Both the position numbers and the translations under genes were made by a program. Under the pieces are notes generated by a model. It did no database searches and was not told where the DNA came from. It worked only from the letters and a program-made list of their open reading frames with translations. From Anaeramoeba ignava BMAN (taxonomy: Eukaryota > Protista > Anaeramoebae), in the NCBI GenBank assembly GCA_028826165.1, contig JAPDFW010000064.1:124001-188000 (forward strand): 64,000 nucleotides of DNA. The letters run 5' to 3'. Positions 56,527 to 64,000 of the stretch are shown piece by piece (position 1 is the stretch's first letter; every line of letters starts with the position of its first letter).

Positions 56527-58008
56527 CTAAAAATTTTGTTTTTCAAAATAAACTTCAATTTCTTCAATCTTCCAATTATCGAAAGATCCAGCAAGAAAAA
56601 TCTTTGCTTTTTGTAATGTATCTTCAATTTGAGAAGGGACTTCATAAGTATAACCAAAATCAGAGTAAAAAGTATCAAATAAATCTTCTTGATTTGAAGA
56701 GCTTGAATAGATGGTAATATCACCTCCACCAAAACTTGGTCCATGATAGTCACGATACAGAATAGAATATTTACTCTTAGATTTTTTCAATTTGAATCGC
56801 TGAGGTTCTGTTTTTTGGATATTTCGAAGTGTGAAAATGAATGCATTTTCATCTTTGATCCAAAAATTATTTCCTGTTGTTCTTCTCCATCCGACATCAG
56901 TAAAACCTCCAAAAATGGATCCATTTGTGGTTTGAATGACAACTAAAGATCTGCCTGAATTATCGCATTTTTGATGGAAGGATTTGCCGCAAAATCCGTC
57001 TTTTTTGGCTGAGTAACCCAAAATCATTGAGGAAAAAAATTCGGGTTTTTTGATCCAATTTTTCAGTTTTTGGGAATATTTTTTCTTTCCTTTGATAATT
57101 GAGCTTTCCGAAAAGCAATCTCGTGATTGAAAAATAGCAAAATTTTGCTGATGGTATTTTTGCTTTAATTCATATATCCTTTTCGAATAGGGTTCGTTTT
57201 GAATGAAATGTGAAAATTCAAGGATATCGTGCATAATGGAATTGGGAATTAATTTCAGTTTTTGGATTTTCTGGAGATCGACTGGGTTGATATCACAAAA
57301 CCTGATTTTCCCAATAAATTGTGAAAAGGCTTCTCTTGTATTATTTGTCTCTTCGCCCATTTCAACATCTGATTGGGAAGTTGAGTCTGAATGAAACTGA
57401 ACCCATTTGAGTAATAAATAAAATAAATCAATTTCATTTTCAATTTCAAAATTGGGTTGATTGAGCAAAAAATTCAAATCATTTGCTGAAAATTTGAGGA
57501 ATCTTTGACTATGAATAATCTCTTGGAAATGAACCATCACAAATTTCATGCAGTAGAAATATAAATCTTGGTAGTTGAGTCTTGATGAAATTGCCAAAAT
57601 ATCAATCACATTTTCTAATTGAATATTTTCTTCAATAAACATTGTTAAAAAATTAATAATTCCTGAATCAAGAAGAAGTTTTCTTGCTGAAATCAAAGCT
57701 TCAAATGCATTATTTAAATTGATATCAATTATTCCTGTGTAAATATAATGAATAATCAACTTAAAAATTTCTGGGGAAACATCAGTAAAAACAACAATTC
57801 CTTCTTGTGATTCCTTCATTTTGGATCGAAATAATCCATAAAAATATTCACTTCTTGATGATAATATTGCTTTGTGTGCGTGAATAACAGTTTCTTTCTT
57901 GGATTTGATGATGATTTTAAAATCGGAAAACTCGATCCCATTTTGGAAAAGTTGGAAAATATCTTTGGAAAGTTGTTCTTGATTTTTGAATTGCGAAAAT
58001 TCATTCAT
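56527..58008 (-). CDS. BTB-BACK-TLDc protein
   Basis: BTB FSDFKIII...HAHKAILSSRSEYFYGLF...YIYTG; BACK ENEIDLFYLLLKW...IRF; TLDc YSAKKDGF...FHQKCD...GSIFGGFT...GPSFGGG...IEEIEVY. The likely start is the ATG at 58008. Confidence 0.93.
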   Translation of the reverse strand: MNEFSQFKNQEQLSKDIFQLFQNGIEFSDFKIIIKSKKETVIHAHKAILSSRSEYFYGLFRSKMKESQEGIVVFTDVSPEIFKLIIHYIYTGIIDINLNNAFEALISARKLLLDSGIINFLTMFIEENIQLENVIDILAISSRLNYQDLYFYCMKFVMVHFQEIIHSQRFLKFSANDLNFLLNQPNFEIENEIDLFYLLLKWVQFHSDSTSQSDVEMGEETNNTREAFSQFIGKIRFCDINPVDLQKIQKLKLIPNSIMHDILEFSHFIQNEPYSKRIYELKQKYHQQNFAIFQSRDCFSESSIIKGKKKYSQKLKNWIKKPEFFSSMILGYSAKKDGFCGKSFHQKCDNSGRSLVVIQTTNGSIFGGFTDVGWRRTTGNNFWIKDENAFIFTLRNIQKTEPQRFKLKKSKSKYSILYRDYHGPSFGGGDITIYSSSSNQEDLFDTFYSDFGYTYEVPSQIEDTLQKAKIFLAGSFDNWKIEEIEVYFEKQNF

Positions 58009-58074
58009 TTTTAGAAAGAAAGAAAGAAAAATGAAATTCAAAAAATAGTTTTTTCATTTTTTTCTTTTTTAAAA
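58009..58074. promoter_or_regulatory. 66 bp bidirectional promoter between two BTB genes
   Basis: Divergent ATGs at 58008(-) and 58075(+), with one TTTCATTTTT motif on each strand. Confidence 0.65.
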
Positions 58075-59853
58075 ATGAATGAAATTATATTTTTTGGAAG
58101 AAATGAATATCCAAAACTTATCAAAAATAAACCAAATGAAATAATAAAACCAATTCAATTTAAATTTGAAAATGAAAATGAAAATGAAAATGAAAAACAA
58201 ATTAAACAAATTTCAACATCAGATTTATCAACAATTTTCCTTTTTCAAAATGGAAAAGCAATAGAATGTTTAAATTATTTAAATGATTTAAATCCAAATC
58301 CTGAAAAAATCCAAATTGAAGAAAATATTCAAAAAGTAATTGTTGGTTTTGATAATGAAGCTATTTTAACAATAGAAGGAAATGTATTTGCAAAAGGAAA
58401 AGATATTAATCCAAAAAATCCAAATGAATTTATCAATATTTCATTATTAATTGAAGATAAAAATGATAGAATAATTGAAGATATCTTTTCTGGAGCTAAT
58501 TCAATTTACTTATTAACTTCAAATCAAAATGTTTATGGAATTGGTTCAAATTTTTATGGTCAACTTGGTTTTGATTCTAAAACACTTAAAAAAACAGAAA
58601 AACCAATTTTAATGATGAAAGATATTTCTAAAATATTTACAGGAGGTGATTCAGATAATGTTTTTCTTTTAAATTCAAATCAAGAATTATTTAGATGTGA
58701 TGATAATAGAAATGGTCAAGTTGGATTAGGAGAATCAAGAAAAGAAAAAAAAATTCAAAAATTAACCAAAATCCAAAATATTCCAAAAGGCAAAATAATT
58801 GATATTAAATGTGGGGGTAATCATTCAATAATGTTGATTGAAAATGAAAATGAAAATGAAAATCCAAAAAGAAAACTTTATTCACGTGGATGGTATCGAT
58901 ATAATGGACTTGGCAAAGATGAAAATATTTATGAATTTACTGAAATTAAATCATCTTTATTTGAAAATGATGATGATATTATTGATTTTTCTGTTGGGTT
59001 TGAACATACTTTGATTTTAACATCCAAAGGGAAACTAATTGGATTTGGAAGTAATAGATACGGTGAATTAGGAACTGGAGATACAAAAGATCAATCGATT
59101 CCAATTCAAATTGAACTTCCTAAATTAAGATTTAATGAAGATATTTCCAATTATCATATTTCTTGCGGTGATTATAGATCATTTATTTATTATTCTCCTT
59201 CTCTTTCCAATCTTGAAGAAGATTTGATAAAATTATTTAGAAGAAAAGAATTTTGTGATATTTCATTTAAAACAGAAAATGGAGAAATAATTAAAGCTCA
59301 TAAATTAATATTGAAATATAGATTAAATCAAAATCAAAATCAAATTGAAAAACTTAAAGAAATTATTTCAAAAAAATCAATTAAAGAATCAAATCAAATA
59401 TTTGAAATGATTTATTCAAACAATTCCATAATAAATCCAAAATTATATTCTGAAATTAAAGAAATTATAAATTCCAATGAAAAAATTGAAGAAACAATTA
59501 AAAGAATTTATTTAAATGAAAATGAAAATGAAAAAGATTTTATAATTGAAAGAAAAGAAAAACAATATAAATTTCCTAAATTAATATTAATAATGAGAAG
59601 TGAATTATATCGAGGAATGTTTTTATCTGTAACTGAAGATACTTCTAATAAAGTTACAGATTATAGTGAATTAAGTAATAAATCATTTCAAATATTAGAA
59701 TATTGGATTTATTCAAATCAAATTAAAGAAGAAATTCAAATTACACAAGAAATAATTGATGAAATTCAAATTGGAATTGATTATTTTCAATTAAATCAAA
59801 CAAATCCAAATTTATTTGATTTATTAATTAACAAATTTAATAATCAAAATTAA
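58075..59853 (+). CDS. RCC1-repeat beta-propeller with tandem BTB-like domains, copy 1
   Basis: GSNFYGQLG, IKCGGNHSIML, SVGFEHTLIL and GSNRYGELG; BTB-like NLEEDLIKLF...FCDISF...IKAHKLILKYR and KDFII...PKLILIMRSELYRGMF. Confidence 0.92.
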   Translation: MNEIIFFGRNEYPKLIKNKPNEIIKPIQFKFENENENENEKQIKQISTSDLSTIFLFQNGKAIECLNYLNDLNPNPEKIQIEENIQKVIVGFDNEAILTIEGNVFAKGKDINPKNPNEFINISLLIEDKNDRIIEDIFSGANSIYLLTSNQNVYGIGSNFYGQLGFDSKTLKKTEKPILMMKDISKIFTGGDSDNVFLLNSNQELFRCDDNRNGQVGLGESRKEKKIQKLTKIQNIPKGKIIDIKCGGNHSIMLIENENENENPKRKLYSRGWYRYNGLGKDENIYEFTEIKSSLFENDDDIIDFSVGFEHTLILTSKGKLIGFGSNRYGELGTGDTKDQSIPIQIELPKLRFNEDISNYHISCGDYRSFIYYSPSLSNLEEDLIKLFRRKEFCDISFKTENGEIIKAHKLILKYRLNQNQNQIEKLKEIISKKSIKESNQIFEMIYSNNSIINPKLYSEIKEIINSNEKIEETIKRIYLNENENEKDFIIERKEKQYKFPKLILIMRSELYRGMFLSVTEDTSNKVTDYSELSNKSFQILEYWIYSNQIKEEIQITQEIIDEIQIGIDYFQLNQTNPNLFDLLINKFNNQN

Positions 59854-59990
59854 AATTAAAATTAAAATTAAAATTAAAATTAAAATTAAAATTAAAATTA
59901 AAATTAAAATTAAAATTAAAATCAAAATTAAAATTAAAATTAAAATTAAAATTAAAATTCAAAATTAAAATTAAAATTAAAATTAAAAAT
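59846..59990. repeat. (AAAATT)n microsatellite beginning at the stop codon of RCC1-BTB copy 1 (same arrangement after copy 2)
   Basis: CAA AAT TAA AAT TAA... continues directly from the coding NQN. Confidence 0.93.
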
Positions 59991-60017
59991 ATTTTTTTCA
60001 TTTTTTTCTTTTCAAAA

Positions 60018-61778
60018 ATGAATGAAATTATATTTTTTGGAAGAAATGAATATCCAAAACTTATAAAAAATAAACCAAATTTAATAACAAAACCAATTCA
60101 ATTTAAATTTGAAAATGAAAATGAAAATGAAAATGAAAAACAAATTAAACAAATTTCATCAGGAAATTATTCAACAATTTTCCTTTTTGAAAATGGAAAA
60201 GCAATAGAATATTTAAAATATTCAAATTCAAATCAAAATCCTGAAAAAATCCAAATTGAAGAAAATATTCAAAAAGTAACTGTTGGTTATCAAAATGAAG
60301 CTATTTTAACAATAGAAGGAAATGGATTTGCAAAAGGAAAAGATATTAATCCAAATAATCCAAATCAATTTATCAATATTTCATCATTAATTGAAGATAC
60401 AAATGATAGAATAATTGAAGATATTGTTTCTGGACATAATTCATTTTACTTATTAACTTCAAATCAAAATGTTTATGGAATTGGTAATAATTCTTTTGGC
60501 CAACTTGGATTTGATTCTTATTATAAAACAGAAAAACCAATTTTAATGATGAAAAATGTTTCTAAAATATTTTCAGGAAATTCTTCTTATCATGTTTTTC
60601 TTTTAAATTCAAATCAAGAATTATTTGGATGTGGTGATAATCAATATGGTCAACTTGGATTAAGAGAATCAATAAAAGAAGAAAAAGAAATCCAAAAATT
60701 AACCAAAATCCAAAATATTCCAAAAGGTAAAATAATTGATATTCAATGTGGAGAATTTCATTCAGTAATGTTGATTGAAAATGAAAATCAAAATCAAAAT
60801 CCAAAAAGAAAACTTTATTCATGTGGTGATTATCTATTTAATGGACTTGATAAAGATCTAGATACTTATGAATTTACTGAAATCAAATCATCTTTATTTG
60901 AAAATGATGATATTCTTGATTTTTCTGTTGGATATGCTCATACTTTGATTTTAACTTCTAATTCAAAATTGATAGGATTCGGAGATAATTCTTATGGTCA
61001 ATTAGGAACTGAAGATACAAAAAATCAATCAATTCCAATTCAAATTGAACTTCCTAAATTAATATTTAATGAAAATATTTCCAATTATCATATTTCTTGT
61101 GGAGATGATAAATCATTTCTTTATTATTCTCCTTCTCTTTCCAATCTTGAAGAAGATTTGATAAAATTATTTGAAAGAAAAGAATTTTGTGATATTTCAT
61201 TTAAAACAGAAAATGGAGAAATAATTGAAGCTCATAAATTAATATTGAAATATAGATTAAATCAAAATCAAAATCAAATTGAAAAACTTAAAGAAATTAT
61301 TTCAAATAAATCAATTAAAGAATCAAATCAAATATTTGAAATGATTTATTCAAACAGAATAATAAATCCAAAATTATATTCTGAAATTAAAGAAATTATA
61401 AATTCCAATGAAAAAATTGAAGAAACAATTAAAAGAATTTATTTAAATGAAAATGAAAAAGATTTTATAATTGAAAGAAAAGAAAAACAATATAAATTTC
61501 CAAAATTAATATTAATAATGAGAAGTGAATTATATCGAGGAATGTTTTTATCTGTAACAGAAGATAAATCTAATAAAGTTACAGATTATAGTGAATTAAG
61601 TAATAAATCATTCCAAATATTTGAATATTGGATTTATTCAAATCAAATTAAAGATGAAATTCAAATTACACAAGAAATTATTGATGAATTAGAAACAGGA
61701 ATTGATTATTTTCAATTAAATCAAACAAATCCAAATTTATTTGATTTATTAATTAACAAATTTAATAATCAAAATTAA
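60018..61778 (+). CDS. RCC1-repeat beta-propeller with tandem BTB-like domains, copy 2 (tandem duplicate)
   Basis: Colinear with copy 1, including the upstream motif and the downstream repeat. Confidence 0.92.
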   Translation: MNEIIFFGRNEYPKLIKNKPNLITKPIQFKFENENENENEKQIKQISSGNYSTIFLFENGKAIEYLKYSNSNQNPEKIQIEENIQKVTVGYQNEAILTIEGNGFAKGKDINPNNPNQFINISSLIEDTNDRIIEDIVSGHNSFYLLTSNQNVYGIGNNSFGQLGFDSYYKTEKPILMMKNVSKIFSGNSSYHVFLLNSNQELFGCGDNQYGQLGLRESIKEEKEIQKLTKIQNIPKGKIIDIQCGEFHSVMLIENENQNQNPKRKLYSCGDYLFNGLDKDLDTYEFTEIKSSLFENDDILDFSVGYAHTLILTSNSKLIGFGDNSYGQLGTEDTKNQSIPIQIELPKLIFNENISNYHISCGDDKSFLYYSPSLSNLEEDLIKLFERKEFCDISFKTENGEIIEAHKLILKYRLNQNQNQIEKLKEIISNKSIKESNQIFEMIYSNRIINPKLYSEIKEIINSNEKIEETIKRIYLNENEKDFIIERKEKQYKFPKLILIMRSELYRGMFLSVTEDKSNKVTDYSELSNKSFQIFEYWIYSNQIKDEIQITQEIIDELETGIDYFQLNQTNPNLFDLLINKFNNQN

Positions 61779-61922
61779 AATTAAAATTAAAATTAAAATT
61801 AAAATTAAAATTCATTTTGAAATTAAAATTAAAATTAAAATTAAAATTAAAATTCAAATTCAATTCAAAATTAAAATTAAAATTAAAATCAAAATCAAAA
61901 TTAAAATTAAAATGATGTTTTT

Positions 61923-62596
61923 TCATTTCTTTGAATTTTCATCAATAAATTCTTGAACTTTTTTTTGAAATAAATCTTTATCTTTTCTTAAAAGTTCACC
62001 AGCTATTCTATTATCTGGATCATCTGGATTAGGTTCCTTTTTTTTTTTTTTTGTTTTTTGTTTATAAATATGAATTTTAATTTTGTTTTTGTTTTTGTTT
62101 GAAATTTTTAAAATTAAATTAAAATCATTTACTAAAAACATAAAAATAAGACCAAAAATAATTGAATTTAAATCAAGAATTGGATTCCATTCACGATCTA
62201 AAATATTCAAACAAGGATAACCATTTTCATCAATATTAGGATGAAATATCTTTGTTTCACAAAAAACTTTTGGAGGAGAAACTGGATAATTTTGTGGAAT
62301 TTTAAAATCAAAAACAAATGAACCATTTTTATAAAATCCTTCAAGTGGAGTAATGATAACTTTAAAGTGAGAAAAATCTTCTTTTTCAGGAAATTCAATT
62401 CTCACTTCTTCTATTTTTTCAATTGCTTGTAAATCTAAATTTTAATTTTAGTTTTAATTTTATAAATAAATCTTAATTTGGAATTTTATAAATAAATTTT
62501 ACCTTTTTGGATTCTGTCTTCTCGAGTTTGAGATTGCTTTTCTTCTTTTGTTGGTTCTTGTTTTCTTTCTTTTTTTAATTCAATTAATTTTTGCAT
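61923..62596 (-). CDS. UBC12: E2 conjugating enzyme, NEDD8-type (Ubc12/UBE2M-like); 3 exons
   Basis: MQKLIELKKE...RIQK|DL...IEFP...PLEGFYKNGSFVF...YPVSPPKV...FHPNIDENGYPCLNILDREWNP...IIFGLIFMFL|EPNPDDP. Confidence 0.85.
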
Positions 62597-62688
62597 TTTA
62601 AAAAAATGAGAAAAAAAGAAAAATGAAAAATGAAAAAAAAATTTTTAATTTAATTTTGAAAAAATTTCTCTTTAAAAAAAAAAAATAA

Positions 62689-63544
62689 TCAAATATCAAA
62701 AAAATCATTGTTCTTATTATCATTTTCAATTTTATGATCATTATCAATAATTTTCTGAATTGAATTTAAATTGGAATAATTTTGAGTTGTTTTTTCTTTG
62801 ATAATTTCAGCATTAGAAATAGCATTTTTCAAAATATTTTCAACTTCTTGAACATCATGAAGATAACGGAAACCAATAGCAATAAGATAAGCAGCATAAG
62901 GATTAGGTTTTTCTCGTGCAAAAATCAAATCACCAACACCACCCTTTTCTTTTATAAACTGATAATTCAGGTAAATCAGTTAAATTCCACATTTTAGATT
63001 TATTTGGAATTTCAAGAAAAAATTCCATATTATAATTTCCAAAAATATAAACTTTTTGATCAGTTAAAACATATAAAGTTTGAAGCCTTAAATCCACTGA
63101 ATTAATAATTAAGTAATTTATTGGAATCGAACCAGCTGCTTGAATAAGAAACCACCAAACGGAAAAATTTCCTGATTTCAATGTATAAAAAAATCCAATT
63201 AAAACTAATAATATTCCAAAACTATTTATTCCTATTATTGTCCATACAAAAACTTCAATGCTTTCTTTGATTGCTGTTGGGAAACTTATAAATTGCATTT
63301 TTTCTTCATCTGGTATTTTTTCTTTGCAAATTTTTTGAAATTTTGAATCAATCATTTCAAATCTTGATTCCGCATTTTTTTCTTTAAGAAATTTATCAAG
63401 ATATTTTTGTTGTTGAAAAAGAAGTCTGAAAAAAATATAAAGTGAAGCTAATGATTGTGAAGTTCCAATTATAAAAAGAAAGAAAGAAATAACTGAATAA
63501 TTATTATTATTATTACTATTAGTATTATCAACTGAAGATTCCAT
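62689..63544 (-). CDS. Membrane protein (~3 TM) with a C-terminal bacterial-type PH-like domain
   Basis: Three hydrophobic segments, then LYVLTDQKVYI...GGVGDLIF...IGFRYLHDVQEVENIL. Requires removing one base at ~62943 to join the two ORFs. Confidence 0.6.
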
Positions 63545-63619
63545 AAATAAAAAAAAATGAAAAAAAAATGAAAAATTTAATTTTTTTATTTTTTATTTTT
63601 TCTTCATTTTAAAAAAAAA

Positions 63620-64000
63620 ATGAATTCAAATTTAAATTCAAAACAAGGAAATAATGATATTTGGTTTTTGGGTCAAAATTATTTTGTTTCACTTACAAAA
63701 GATAAATCACAAAAAATTGCAAAATTTACTCAATTAATTTTACCTCAATTTAAATTTAAAAACCAAAATCAAAATCAAAATCAAATTGAAAATCAAAATG
63801 AAATTGAAAATCAAAATCAAAATCAAATTGAAAATCAAAATCAAAATCAAATTGAAAATCAAAATGAAAATGAAAATCAAAATCAAAATCAAATTGAAAA
63901 TCAAAATGAAATTAAAAATGAAAATGAAAATGAAAATCAAAATCAAAATCAAAATCAAAATCAAAATCAAAATCAAAATCAAAATGAAAATCAAAATCAA
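63620..64000 (+). CDS. 5'-partial gene, possibly another RCC1-family protein, with an NQ/NE repeat
   Basis: ATG at 63620 follows a TTCATTTT motif. The frame MNSNLNSKQGNNDIWFLGQNYF...PQFKFKNQNQN is open to the window end and resembles NEIIFFGRN...IQFKFENENE of the RCC1-BTB genes. Confidence 0.6.
   Translation, partial: MNSNLNSKQGNNDIWFLGQNYFVSLTKDKSQKIAKFTQLILPQFKFKNQNQNQNQIENQNEIENQNQNQIENQNQNQIENQNENENQNQNQIENQNEIKNENENENQNQNQNQNQNQNQNQNENQNQ

Overview
A gene-dense, very AT-rich eukaryotic nuclear window with GT-AG spliceosomal introns and the standard genetic code. It holds about 20 complete protein-coding genes and one 5'-partial gene. Left part: DHHC-family palmitoyltransferase, PH-domain dynamin, a multi-pass membrane/longin/SPRY protein, a TMEM62-like phosphoesterase, a WIPI/Atg18 PROPPIN, Nup93, a giant BEACH protein and a tandem DH-PH RhoGEF. 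Right part: an ankyrin-BTB protein, adenylate kinase, four GT61-like genes plus one GT34-like gene, BTB-BACK-TLDc, two tandem RCC1-BTB paralogues, UBC12 and a membrane protein with a bacterial-type PH-like tail. Introns and intergenic spacers are filled with micro- and minisatellites. The gene families and a T-rich TCA motif before most start codons suggest an anaerobic metamonad-like protist such as Anaeramoeba; this is inference only. The most notable observations are: (i) blade-by-blade hypervariable loops in the RCC1-BTB pair, suggesting a diversifying Cullin3 substrate-receptor repertoire; (ii) an unfamiliar ~7TM-longin-SPRY fusion; (iii) a mosaic glycosyltransferase cluster; (iv) a DHYC enzyme that has lost one zinc site; (v) an Inr-like motif in very short bidirectional promoters. 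About ten single-base frameshifts and some degraded repeat-adjacent sequence most likely reflect assembly error. I recognised no RNA genes, CRISPR arrays, inteins or transposases. Gene models were built by eye, so exon boundaries may be off by a few bases.
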